Shown: positions 1 through 9,701 of the stretch, piece by piece
Layout: the number at the start of each line of letters is the position of its first letter
How positions within the stretch are numbered: the first letter of the stretch is position 1
IMG/VR virus record: IMGVR_UViG_3300024999_000095
Strand: one strand, 5' to 3'
DNA from: an uncultured virus (IMG/VR IMGVR_UViG_3300024999_000095)
Lineage: Duplodnaviria; Heunggongvirae; Uroviricota; Caudoviricetes
Length of the DNA: 64,000 nucleotides
Notes under the pieces: model-generated
The model's database searches: none
What the model was told of the DNA's origin: nothing
What the model saw: only the letters and a program-made list of their open reading frames with translations
Position numbers and translations under genes: made by a program

Positions 1-3000
1 GAACCGGCCTACCGACTTGACGCTACGGATAGCCTCTGCCTTGCGGTTTACGGAGTAGGCTCGGTTCTGCGCGTATGCCTCTTCGCTGTTGGGGGGTGCA
101 GATGCTACGCTGAATTTGATTCCGCTTCCGCCTGACTCTTCTCCCAAGCCCGTCGCACTTCTCTCCGCTGCTGAGAAGTTATTCGGTTGAAGGTTTCCTG
201 TGTTATCTCCCCCCTTAGTTTTTGGTTCAATAGCCATGACACGCATACTCCCGGTGGTTGCTTCGCTGCCATCTCCGCGTGCATTTTCAAGAACTCTTCC
301 AATGTTGGGCCTTCCATAGTTTTCCTTTATTGAATCGTTTGCCTGATTTGTACCCACAGACACCAGCACATCCTCCACCTTCTGCCCATCCTTCAGCAAT
401 CCCTCACGTTCCAGCATCCGCCGCAGCGTAACCCACGGGGGGATAGCCTTGCGCTGCGCCGGGGTCATGTCGAGGCGGGCTTGTACTAGGCGGGACTCTG
501 CTTCTCCGGTGGTGCTGGCATACTGGTTATATGCCTCATCGTACACAACCTGATCATCCTTGATGGATTTCTTGAGATCCAGGACTTCACGGCCAATCTT
601 GGTCTTGCTCAACTGGTCTTCGTAATATTCATCGCCTCGACCGCCCCTGTCCCACTCGGTCAGAATCTTGGCAATGTCAGGGTGTTGCTTCTTCAGGATA
701 CCGAGTATCTTTGCCCGAAAATCATTGTCGATGGAGATTTTGGATTTGTAGTAATTGAAATTGGCTCCGCTTGGGGTTCCTTCTTCTACCTGGATGATAT
801 GCTGGACCTCGTGCTGGATTACCGATCTCCTGCCAACATCTCCAAGTCTATCATTAACGCGGATTGTCTTGGTGGCTGAGTCGTAACTACCCCGGCTATT
901 CATCCCCATTTCTTCGTAGCGGACGTTGATGTCGGCCAGTTGCGGATAGTCACGGAATATGGTGCGGTGGGAAAGGATTTCCGAGAGTGGACCGTCTTTC
1001 TTCTTCACTGAGGAAAGGGAATCATCCAATTCATACGACCACGTTCCGCTCCCCGGCACGATCTCATACCAGCCCGTCTGTTTCCATATCGCACGGCGCG
1101 TGTCTCCCGATTGTTGCATCGCTTTCGCGCGGGATAGGGCTGAGGTGTCGGCTGAAGTGGCGCGGGGGCCTGCGAAGGATGCTAGGATGTCGGGGTTGGC
1201 GGGGTTCCAAGATTGATTGAAGATGCTCTTGATCTGCGTAGGTTCAAATGCGATGTACGAATCAGTGTGCATGACGCGGCTTTCTACAATATTGCTGTAG
1301 ACAATACCATCATACCCGTGAGCCTTGATGTCTTCCTCTAATTCCCTAAGCGTCCTAGCGTCAGATTCAAACGGCAGGACTTCCTTTATCTTTTTCGTGC
1401 TACCCCAGTTACCAACATCTCTCAGCCTGAGAGGTTTCTTGATTGCCAGATAATACGCGCCTATTCTTGAGCCAACGCCTAGCGGGAAGATTGGCACTTT
1501 CGCCCGGTCGTATGCCTCCTGTAATTCGTCAAGTCTCTTCTGCTCATCCGTAGTCGGTTTGTATTCATACTCATCAAAGATAGGCCCCAAATCTTCGCCA
1601 GATTCAAGAGCCTTTAACAGCACCTCGTCAGGGATATCTCTTTTCCTTGAACGAAGTTCGTCAGAATATTTCTTCCATTCTTCAAACTTCCTTTCTGCTA
1701 TCCTATCAAGTCGCTCCCGTTCTTCAAGGTCTACCCTGCCTTCTGAGGTGTCAACTAACCTGTTATTTGCGGCCTCTTGGTCCCCAAAGTGGAAGCCAAA
1801 ATGTGCGCCTCTGGTCCTCTTGAATGAGGAAATGTCGAAGTGTGACCCGTGATAGACAACAAGTGGTTCGCCGTTCTCACCCACCACTTTGCTGTTAGCA
1901 AACCAAGCACGGAACGCCGCCATGTTCTGTATCTTTATCATGGCAGAACTTAAACTCATCTTCGCATCCTGTGCAAACGAATTTACGCCAGCCTTCCCAC
2001 TCCGACCCTCCTTACGCAATGCCGATTCAGCCAGCGCACTCAGATCAGCCGCCGTGAATATCTTCGGGTCCAGCCCCAGTTTGACGAGCGCGTTCTTGAT
2101 GAGTGCGATGAACTGGCGGACTATGCCGGTTTGTGGTGCAATTTCCTGCATGTACGCCAAAACCTCTTCCCAATAGTGTTCAGGCTTGGTATCAGATGGC
2201 ACACGTTCCATCCCAGCACGGATCGCATCGCCGGTTTTGCTCTGCTCGTTCATCCGGGATTCTAGGGAGGCTAGGAGGCGCTTGAATCCGGATGAGGTTT
2301 GCAGGGCCTTGCCAGTGTGGATGCCCAATTCGTGAAGCACGACTCCCCATAAATTCCCGGTGACGTTCTCAGGGATGATATAGGAAGTATCCCCCACAAC
2401 GAAACCCTGTGTTTTCTTGCCACCATCGGAGACGGTGCCCCCATTCTCCCGCAGCACCCGCATCCCCTCGTCAGCCGACACCAGCCGCAGCTTGCCGGAC
2501 TGCTCAAGTGCTGAGATGGTGGCTTGCTGGGAGGGGGTTAGTGGGGTGGGGGTGCCGGTTGATGCAGCCTTTCCCTTACGCTCAAAACTCACGATCATAT
2601 CTTCTACAGGAATCCCCTGAGATGCAAACGGGGTTGACGACATCCTTTCAGCGGCAGTCATCTTCCTGCGGGCGGCAGTGTCTCTAGCCTCTATTTCTCC
2701 GTGAAATAAAAGGTATGTTTCGTGTGCTGACAAGACCTTGCTCGGCTCGTTGAATATCCCTGCCTTATCCGCCAACTCGTCAAACTTTGCCATGTTGGGG
2801 AATCTTTGCTTCGATACTTCCTTGAACTCGGCAAACAACTTATCGCTTTCTATCTTATATTCATCATTCGGCAGGGTATCAAGTGCATCGAACCGTTCCT
2901 CGTATTCCGCCTTGAACAGCCTGTTTGACTCGTTTAACTCCTTGGTGTATTCAGGAGACTCGTGGATTGCCGCCGCCTCTTTGATAATGTCCTGCTTCTC

Positions 3001-6000
3001 AAACCATAACTTCCATTTCTTAGAGATTGGCTTGTCACTATCCTTGATGTACTTCGGGTCTGCACCTCTGGCAAATCCCTCTACCTCTTGGATGTAATGC
3101 TGAACCTCGTGGAGTAGTGTGTCCTCCTGATCTGGTGTTAATTCCTGCCCTTTGATATCCCACATGGTTATATTGGCAGGCAGGTTGAAATACTCGGAGG
3201 GGGAACTATACTGACCCTTCGCCTCACTGTTGTAAAACGGGTACATCACTACTTCAAGGTCGGCCAGTCCTGGGTATGCCTTGAATAATTCAGGGTGGAC
3301 AAACACATCAGACAGTTTTCCTTCCCTGAAGGTTTGATGCTCGATTGTTCTTCTCTCAAGGTTAGTGACCGGCAGGAACTCAGCGTTGCCGTCTTCTATC
3401 TCAAAACGCCAGTGCCCATCCTTGGAGATAAACCAGCCGGTTTCTTCCCTGACCGCTTGGGCTTCCTCGCCGTTATTCAGCCGCTCAATCGCGGATGTTA
3501 GTTTTGACTTATCCGCTGTGGTTGCTGTGACTCCAGCGTAAGACTTCTTGGTGCTGTTTGCAGGATTCCTTATCATCCCCTCGGAGACGGTGAAATCCTT
3601 GTTCCTGCCCTTATTCTCTACGAACCCGAACCGCTTGTAAAACGATACCAGCCTGCCGCGTGACGTTGTGCCGTGTCGGTCATCTTTGAGGCCGGGAGAC
3701 AGGACTATCCGCTTGCCCTCTTGATCAGCGTAGGCGGCAAGGTCGTTCATTAAGCCTGTGCCCGCCCCCTGCTTCTTCTCCTTGGCGATGATGGACGCTA
3801 CTACTATGTCACCGTTGGCGCGTTCTGAGATGAACAGAGTGGAGAACTTGTCCTCCCACTTTGACTCAATGCTGGCGAGTGATAGTTTGCCAGACTTGGA
3901 CAGTTTAACCCCATTCAAATCATCCCGGAGTTTATCAATCCCCCGCGCAATGGCATTGTAATGCTGATCGCCGCTAGGGTCGGCACCGTTGCTATTCGCC
4001 TTCTGGTAATACTCAATTGCCAGAGAACGAAGCGAGGTGTCCAACCCGCCAGTTATCGCCGTGCGCTGGATCAACTGCTCTGCAATACGGTCGGCTACTG
4101 AATCAGGATTGCCGCGTGTTCTGGTGATATCGTGCTTGACTATCCTGTCCGCGTACCCCTTGGCTTTCCCTATCAGACCACGAAGACCTTTCTTGTCGGC
4201 CTGCTTCCATGTCTTAACCCCGGCACGTTTGGCGAAGTCAGGAATCACCCCGCCCCCATCGCCGCCGTTATTTCCGGCCTGGGGTATAACGGATGGGTTA
4301 TTTATGCGCTCGTTTATGCGTTTCGCGTTATCAGGCGCATAAGATTTTACTGACCAAATTGCCTTTTCATTGATTCCTGCGCTGTTTGCAAACTTCTCTA
4401 CCTGCCTATATCCTCTATCCGCCAATATCTGGGAATAACCGTCTGCCACATCCTGATTGAATGTTACGAACCACTTCCCCTCTTTTTCACTGAAGAACGT
4501 AACTCGCTTGTCATCTGGGAAGTTGTCGTGTGCGGCCTTATTCGCTTGCCATTCATTGGACCGGGCTTTGTTCAAGTCTGCCTCCGCCCACTTATCCAAC
4601 CGAGCAATGATGCCTTTCTTCCGTAAAACTTCTTGTTCTTCAGCGTATCTCTGTTCTGCTAGGGCAGTGTCAATCTTAGACTGTGTGTATTCAGGGAAAA
4701 GTTCTGTCGGGTGTGCAATCTTATCGCCGGGGAGAATCACATAATATCTTATCATTGCCCCGGTTATGTCTGACTTCCTGAAATATTCAGGACTGTACGG
4801 GTAAACAAAATAAGATTCCCCTCTACCGTCAATACGTTCCTCTTTGTCTAAATTGTTCTCCTTGTAAACATCGGTCAAGGTAGCAAGGACTTTTTTCTTT
4901 TCCTCCTTGGAGAGAGATTTCCCTAATTCAAACCTGCTTGGGTTATCCCCCGTGTTCACTCCCGCAGCCTGTTCAGCCTCCTTGAACGGGGGGGATTGTT
5001 GAACAGGCGCGGTCTTCTCTTGAATATGCCTAAAGATATCAAGGGAACTGCCATGCACTCTATCAAGGTCGAATACATAGACCTCTTTGATGCCAGTAAG
5101 ATCGAGCTTGCTGCCGTGGGTAAGGTCTGACTTGCCTATCTTGCGAAGTTGGCTAAGAGCGGCCATGCCGCCAGCGCCTGACCTATTGCCCAAACTAGCA
5201 GAAAAAACATTGCCGGAATCCTCTACAAAAACTATGGTGCGATTTGAGTAGTCACTAATAGGAGGTTGTAAGTCTATCTCATTACTCGCAACATCTGTGT
5301 CTTTGACCGTGCTGATTACATGGCCCTTAAATCCCTTTGGCTTCCTTGCGGCTATAACAAAGTCAGAGGTATCAGGCAACTCTGCTGCCCCAACCTCTCC
5401 AATGAGGGTGCCTTGCCCTTCTCCCCTCATCTTTCCTATAGCCATTCTCTGCTTGGAGATATGTACTCCAATAGCCTCTTTTGCTGTAGGGAGAATCTTG
5501 TCGGCTATAAACTTATCGGAAGCAACTTCTTTGATTGGGACTTGATACTGTGTGCCATATACCGTTCGCGATTCGCCTGACCTTGTAAACTTCGGCGCGG
5601 TCTTCTCACTACTGGGCTGGGGGGTAGACTGTGCACCAGAGGTCACACTTTCCGTTACCTCTTGTGCAGCGGGGGACACTGCTCGGTTGACCGCCTCTCG
5701 CAAAGCCGCGTCTCTGGTGGCTTTTATCTCCGCCCTTTCCTCCGGGGTGTCTGCAAGTTCCAGATCGTTCTCAGCTTTTATTGCTGCCTTCTTTTCGGCT
5801 GGAGTGAGGTCAAGTTGGATAAAGTCAGTAATCCCCCCATACCCCGCGCGAACCGTGACTACCCCTGACCCGTCTCTATCTACAGCGATGGTCGCATTTT
5901 TGCCAGACTCTAACCGTTCCCTGATTTTCCCCTTAGTGGCTTCCTCTTCTAATGTCGAGATGTTGCTGGTAGAAGTGCCCCCCTGCGTTGCGCGTGCCGG

Positions 6001-8547
6001 TGTGCTGGTAGAGGCGGAGGGGGGAACTAGGTCGGGAGCGACATCCCCAGCCGTTATGTCGGTGTCGGCATCCACTTGTGCGGATGTGGTGACGGTTTGT
6101 CTGGTTGCTCCGTCTAGTTGCTGCTTGTCCACTCCGACAGGTTGTAATTCTCCCCTATCGTCTGGCTGTGATTCTCGCAGTAACTGTGGCTCTCTGGATA
6201 TACCTCCTGCCTCGGATGCTCGTAACTGTGCGTCTCCATCAGGCCCGTTGCTTGGTACGACCACGACAGGCTCTCCGTTCCTACCATTGGCGTCAACTGC
6301 CGGGACACCTCTGCCGCTATCATCCGCCGCAACTTGGACTGTTTGTTCTTGGTTCGTTTGTTCATTTATGGCTCCTTGGGTATCAGTTGTCCGGGGTGGG
6401 GTGGATTCGGGTTGCTGCTGCTCTGGCTGGATAGGCGTATGCACCGCGATATACCCATCCTCACCCTTGACTATCTTGTGCGCTGATATGTCAATGCCAC
6501 GCTGTTTCGCGCTTGCCCTGAGTGCCTTCTCGGAAGCGAATGACTTGCCGCTGGTCTTGGTGAAGTCGGGGAGTTTATCAGCGAAGGCAGATTCAAGAAC
6601 CTCCTTCTTAGCCTGATAATCCTCAACCTGCTGCATCTTCTCGGTCGGGGGATTCTCTTCAAATGCCCGTGCCGATTCTGCCGCTGATACTGGTCCGGTC
6701 GTGTTCTCTGCGAGTGTGGCTTGATTGCGCTCGGTGGACTTCTTGTTACCCCTGCGGTCGGCCTCTTCCTGACTAAGAAGTTCAAAGCCTTGCGCCGGGG
6801 GGAGTGCTAACTTGTTGCGCTTCTGGTCCTCACGTTGCTGATTGGATACGGCATCGTCTGCCCAAGCATCCATGAGATTATCGCCGCGCCGCTCTCTTGC
6901 TTCCTCTGGCGTAAGCAGTTCAAACCCTTGACCGTTTGGCAGCAACTTGATTTGATTGACCGGGACACCGTATTGTCTGCCCAGTCTCCGCATTGCCTCG
7001 CGGTCATCTACCAGTTCAAAACCTTGCCCTGCCGGTAGAGCAATCCTATTCCTTATGCCACGCTGTTCCTCAGACTGCCCAAGTGATACGGCATCATCTG
7101 CGAACTGGTTCATCAGGGAATCGCTTGCTCTCTTCTCAGCCTCTCCCGGTAAGTCTGGTTCGTATGTGTCGTATGGCGTTACCTCAGAGGTAATCGGCCC
7201 TGCCGTACCAGTGAAATCCCGTCTCTGCTGCTCAGTATTCCTGAACTGGTTATATCGCTCAGACTCACGCTGTGCTACCGCTCCCTCGATATCGTTCAGG
7301 GATGTGGCTACACCAGTGCCTGCCGCCGTGTTGCGAAGTGACTCAGGGGATTGACTGCTCTGCCGTGCGCCTAGTGCCGGGGTGGTACGGGTGGCTTGGA
7401 GTGCTTTGCCTATCGGGCCGGATGGGGGAGGTGCAGTATCACGCCGAATCGGGACACCGTTCTGGATATCCTGAACCGCTCCCGCTTTCCATATATCAGC
7501 ATCGGGGATTTTGTTGGCTACGGCTTCCTTGTGCAGCATATCGACTACAGCCGCTCTCTGCTCAGGTGGTGCGGTCGGATCGCTAAGGGTATTGTCAATC
7601 GCTTCAGCACGTTTAGTGTTGCGGAAATGACCAGCAAGGCCGAACGGGGCAAGCAAGGCTGTCATGCCAAGGGTCGGCCCGATTACCGCCTTTGCCTGTT
7701 CCAGCGGGTCAACATTAACCCCTGCGTTCTTCTCTACCAGTGCTTGACTGTAGGACTGCCCTATCTCTGTGCCGACCTCACCGACTGCGGTAGTGCCAAG
7801 CTGTTTGGCAAAAGGTTTCAGGAGAGCCGTGTCGGTTGCGGTTTTAAGCGCAGCCTCCATCCCTTCCTTGCCAGTTTTACCAAGTACCTTAGCCCCGATA
7901 CCAAGCAACTTGCCGCCAAGGTACGTTCCAACCGCTTCGCCGCCAGTCTCAATCGCGCCCGACTTCCACCCTGCCGCCGTTGCCTCTTCCTCTGTCCCGC
8001 CTGCTTCTTTGACGTTCTCGTAGGTAGATTGCGCCTGAGACATACCCATCGGCACGGCACCACCTAACGCGGCAATGCCAAGACCAGCAGCACCACTTAC
8101 CGCACCAGCGGGGGCAAGCGCAAGACCAGCGCCGATTGCAGCGGCAGGAGCAAGTGAAGGGGCAAGCATTTCCGCGCCAGATGCAAGGGCATTGGTTACT
8201 GCATTGTGCTTGTCGGGGTAGAGTTTATTCTCTGGTCTGTTGAGATATGCCTCTCTGTTCTCAGCGACACTCTTTCCCCACTCATTGACTTTGCTTCCCG
8301 CGTCAGATCCCCACTGTACGGCCTGTCCGACCATCTGCGGAAGTTCGCCCATCGCGCCACGTTTCAGACCTGTGCCGATCTCTCCAAGCGCAGAACGTGA
8401 CGGGGCCTGTGCTTCCTCCTGCAACTTCTGAGCGTGAGCGGATTCAAGTTGCTGCCGGAAAGTCGGACCTGCGCCCAGGCCTTGCGGGGTCTCGGTGGAT
8501 AAAAGACGCTTGTGTGTTTCCTCTAACTCTTGGCGGAAATCAGGCAT
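1..8547 (-). CDS. Giant polyvalent virion/ejection protein (partial, >2,849 aa, runs off the window): GNAT acetyltransferase, two LPD23-type HEXXH zincin modules, a further zincin module, ADP-ribosyltransferase-like domain
   Basis: Not in the ORF track. Manual translation from ATG at 8547 (MPDFRQELEETHK...) stays open to position 1. Motifs: KKQGAGTGLMNDLAAYAD...LVSFYKRFGF (GNAT, ~3560-3865); TGWFISKDGHWRFEI...LLHEVQHYIQ (~2600-3540); VLHELGIH...WEEVLAY (~2000-2450); FRAWFANSKVVGENGEPLVVYHGS...GYDGIVY...IAFEPTQIKS (ART-like, ~1220-1920); WKQTGWYE...IQHEVQHIIQ...GEAESR (~400-1180). Confidence 0.85.
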   Translation of the reverse strand, partial: MPDFRQELEETHKRLLSTETPQGLGAGPTFRQQLESAHAQKLQEEAQAPSRSALGEIGTGLKRGAMGELPQMVGQAVQWGSDAGSKVNEWGKSVAENREAYLNRPENKLYPDKHNAVTNALASGAEMLAPSLAPAAAIGAGLALAPAGAVSGAAGLGIAALGGAVPMGMSQAQSTYENVKEAGGTEEEATAAGWKSGAIETGGEAVGTYLGGKLLGIGAKVLGKTGKEGMEAALKTATDTALLKPFAKQLGTTAVGEVGTEIGQSYSQALVEKNAGVNVDPLEQAKAVIGPTLGMTALLAPFGLAGHFRNTKRAEAIDNTLSDPTAPPEQRAAVVDMLHKEAVANKIPDADIWKAGAVQDIQNGVPIRRDTAPPPSGPIGKALQATRTTPALGARQSSQSPESLRNTAAGTGVATSLNDIEGAVAQRESERYNQFRNTEQQRRDFTGTAGPITSEVTPYDTYEPDLPGEAEKRASDSLMNQFADDAVSLGQSEEQRGIRNRIALPAGQGFELVDDREAMRRLGRQYGVPVNQIKLLPNGQGFELLTPEEARERRGDNLMDAWADDAVSNQQREDQKRNKLALPPAQGFELLSQEEADRRGNKKSTERNQATLAENTTGPVSAAESARAFEENPPTEKMQQVEDYQAKKEVLESAFADKLPDFTKTSGKSFASEKALRASAKQRGIDISAHKIVKGEDGYIAVHTPIQPEQQQPESTPPRTTDTQGAINEQTNQEQTVQVAADDSGRGVPAVDANGRNGEPVVVVPSNGPDGDAQLRASEAGGISREPQLLRESQPDDRGELQPVGVDKQQLDGATRQTVTTSAQVDADTDITAGDVAPDLVPPSASTSTPARATQGGTSTSNISTLEEEATKGKIRERLESGKNATIAVDRDGSGVVTVRAGYGGITDFIQLDLTPAEKKAAIKAENDLELADTPEERAEIKATRDAALREAVNRAVSPAAQEVTESVTSGAQSTPQPSSEKTAPKFTRSGESRTVYGTQYQVPIKEVASDKFIADKILPTAKEAIGVHISKQRMAIGKMRGEGQGTLIGEVGAAELPDTSDFVIAARKPKGFKGHVISTVKDTDVASNEIDLQPPISDYSNRTIVFVEDSGNVFSASLGNRSGAGGMAALSQLRKIGKSDLTHGSKLDLTGIKEVYVFDLDRVHGSSLDIFRHIQEKTAPVQQSPPFKEAEQAAGVNTGDNPSRFELGKSLSKEEKKKVLATLTDVYKENNLDKEERIDGRGESYFVYPYSPEYFRKSDITGAMIRYYVILPGDKIAHPTELFPEYTQSKIDTALAEQRYAEEQEVLRKKGIIARLDKWAEADLNKARSNEWQANKAAHDNFPDDKRVTFFSEKEGKWFVTFNQDVADGYSQILADRGYRQVEKFANSAGINEKAIWSVKSYAPDNAKRINERINNPSVIPQAGNNGGDGGGVIPDFAKRAGVKTWKQADKKGLRGLIGKAKGYADRIVKHDITRTRGNPDSVADRIAEQLIQRTAITGGLDTSLRSLAIEYYQKANSNGADPSGDQHYNAIARGIDKLRDDLNGVKLSKSGKLSLASIESKWEDKFSTLFISERANGDIVVASIIAKEKKQGAGTGLMNDLAAYADQEGKRIVLSPGLKDDRHGTTSRGRLVSFYKRFGFVENKGRNKDFTVSEGMIRNPANSTKKSYAGVTATTADKSKLTSAIERLNNGEEAQAVREETGWFISKDGHWRFEIEDGNAEFLPVTNLERRTIEHQTFREGKLSDVFVHPELFKAYPGLADLEVVMYPFYNSEAKGQYSSPSEYFNLPANITMWDIKGQELTPDQEDTLLHEVQHYIQEVEGFARGADPKYIKDSDKPISKKWKLWFEKQDIIKEAAAIHESPEYTKELNESNRLFKAEYEERFDALDTLPNDEYKIESDKLFAEFKEVSKQRFPNMAKFDELADKAGIFNEPSKVLSAHETYLLFHGEIEARDTAARRKMTAAERMSSTPFASQGIPVEDMIVSFERKGKAASTGTPTPLTPSQQATISALEQSGKLRLVSADEGMRVLRENGGTVSDGGKKTQGFVVGDTSYIIPENVTGNLWGVVLHELGIHTGKALQTSSGFKRLLASLESRMNEQSKTGDAIRAGMERVPSDTKPEHYWEEVLAYMQEIAPQTGIVRQFIALIKNALVKLGLDPKIFTAADLSALAESALRKEGRSGKAGVNSFAQDAKMSLSSAMIKIQNMAAFRAWFANSKVVGENGEPLVVYHGSHFDISSFKRTRGAHFGFHFGDQEAANNRLVDTSEGRVDLEERERLDRIAERKFEEWKKYSDELRSRKRDIPDEVLLKALESGEDLGPIFDEYEYKPTTDEQKRLDELQEAYDRAKVPIFPLGVGSRIGAYYLAIKKPLRLRDVGNWGSTKKIKEVLPFESDARTLRELEEDIKAHGYDGIVYSNIVESRVMHTDSYIAFEPTQIKSIFNQSWNPANPDILASFAGPRATSADTSALSRAKAMQQSGDTRRAIWKQTGWYEIVPGSGTWSYELDDSLSSVKKKDGPLSEILSHRTIFRDYPQLADINVRYEEMGMNSRGSYDSATKTIRVNDRLGDVGRRSVIQHEVQHIIQVEEGTPSGANFNYYKSKISIDNDFRAKILGILKKQHPDIAKILTEWDRGGRGDEYYEDQLSKTKIGREVLDLKKSIKDDQVVYDEAYNQYASTTGEAESRLVQARLDMTPAQRKAIPPWVTLRRMLEREGLLKDGQKVEDVLVSVGTNQANDSIKENYGRPNIGRVLENARGDGSEATTGSMRVMAIEPKTKGGDNTGNLQPNNFSAAERSATGLGEESGGSGIKFSVASAPPNSEEAYAQNRAYSVNRKAEAIRSVKSVGRF
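105..317 (-). CDS. Candidate small gene nested in the +1 frame of the giant protein gene (70 aa)
   Basis: ATAAAGGAAAACT-ATG Shine-Dalgarno context. The product looks helical, while the overlapping giant-protein frame is a polar linker. Confidence 0.45.
   Translation of the reverse strand: MEGPTLEEFLKMHAEMAAKQPPGVCVSWLLNQKLRGEITQETFNRITSQQRREVRRAWEKSQAEAESNSA
6114..6365 (-). CDS. Candidate small gene nested in the +1 frame of the giant protein gene (83 aa)
   Basis: CAAGGAGCCATAA-ATG strong SD; overlaps a disordered linker of the giant protein. Confidence 0.35.
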   Translation of the reverse strand: MNKRTKNKQSKLRRMIAAEVSRQLTPMVGTESLSWSYQATGLMETHSYEHPRQEVYPESHSYCENHSQTIGENYNLSEWTSSN

Positions 8548-8554
8548 GGTTATC

Positions 8555-9700
8555 CTATTTTTCTTGGTTCATCAAATATTCTCTGACCGAAGCGGGAAGA
8601 CTCTGAAACAAGGACATCTTCTGCTCCTGCGGGGTGCTGTCCCATTGCTTCTTGTATGCGCTCAGTTGTTTCTCGTCTACCGCGATAGTTGGGGTCTGCG
8701 GTCTTGCGCCAGGGCCTTGAAGATATACCGCCCCTTCTGGGTTCCTGGGGTCGTAGACAACCGGCATCTCTACTGTGCCTTCGTCTGTTTCACTCTTATA
8801 GGTGCCTGTCTTCAACTCTGCCGGTTTGGCCCCGCCAAATACCGAGATTACTTTGTTCGCCGCGTCGATCTGCTCTTTCGAGGAATTGGGGTCCACCAAA
8901 GTCTTCTGAGCCTGAAATAACATCGTTGCCGCTTCCCTTCTCTGTTGCTCTACTCCCGCGTTGGCTTGATCCTGCTTCTGCATCGCACCGAGTTTCGCCA
9001 AGGCGATTGGGTCAGGATTGCCAAAGGTGGTTGTCTCGGTGTTGAATTGACCGGGAATTGAAAACCCTCTGAGGTCGGTTGCCGGGGTTATCCGAGTATC
9101 AACCCTGCTCTGTGCAAGGTTATCTCGCGGATTACCGTTCAAAACTTCCATCCCATTCGGGGCAATCACCACACCGTCGCTCTGCCTAACCCCGTTGATA
9201 ATCTCGCTCTGTGGTTTCGGATTCATTATACCACTTTTGCTAGGATTTGTGGAGACTTTCTTTGGTGTTTCGGCAACTTTTTCAGTTTGCGGAGTTGAAT
9301 AATTCAGCGGCTTGTTGAACGGGTTCGCACCCAATCCAGAGGGCGGTGGTGCCGCCTGTGCCGTCTTAGTAGGCTGATTGAATACAGGCTTAGGATCGCC
9401 CGTGACGAGGGTCTTGCCGAAGTTCCCCACACCACCAAGCAATGTATTGACTGGTTTCGCCACGTACTCACCAAGCGGCTTTGCGACCATCCCCACCGTG
9501 TCGGCAACCGTACCCCTGACGTATTGCCCTGCCGCCGCACCCAGTCCGCCAGTCTTGTATGCTGCTGCCGTCTTGTTCAGTGTGTCGGACACATCGGGAA
9601 GCCACGGCTGAGATGACGCATTCGCGCTAGCCGGTCGTGCCGCCCTCTTAAACTCACCAGCCCTAGCCCCCAACCCTTCCTCTTCTTCTTTCTTCTTCAT
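8555..9700 (-). CDS. Putative internal virion/ejection protein (381 aa)
   Basis: Ala/Gly/Gln-rich; lies directly upstream of the giant protein in the morphogenesis operon. Confidence 0.6.
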   Translation of the reverse strand: MKKKEEEEGLGARAGEFKRAARPASANASSQPWLPDVSDTLNKTAAAYKTGGLGAAAGQYVRGTVADTVGMVAKPLGEYVAKPVNTLLGGVGNFGKTLVTGDPKPVFNQPTKTAQAAPPPSGLGANPFNKPLNYSTPQTEKVAETPKKVSTNPSKSGIMNPKPQSEIINGVRQSDGVVIAPNGMEVLNGNPRDNLAQSRVDTRITPATDLRGFSIPGQFNTETTTFGNPDPIALAKLGAMQKQDQANAGVEQQRREAATMLFQAQKTLVDPNSSKEQIDAANKVISVFGGAKPAELKTGTYKSETDEGTVEMPVVYDPRNPEGAVYLQGPGARPQTPTIAVDEKQLSAYKKQWDSTPQEQKMSLFQSLPASVREYLMNQEK

Positions 9701-9701
9701 A

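Noticed and set aside
682..8431. Many plus-strand ORFs (e.g. 5552-6616, 7396-8067)
   Set aside because: Antisense shadows of the giant minus-strand gene, with Ser/Leu-rich non-protein-like composition.
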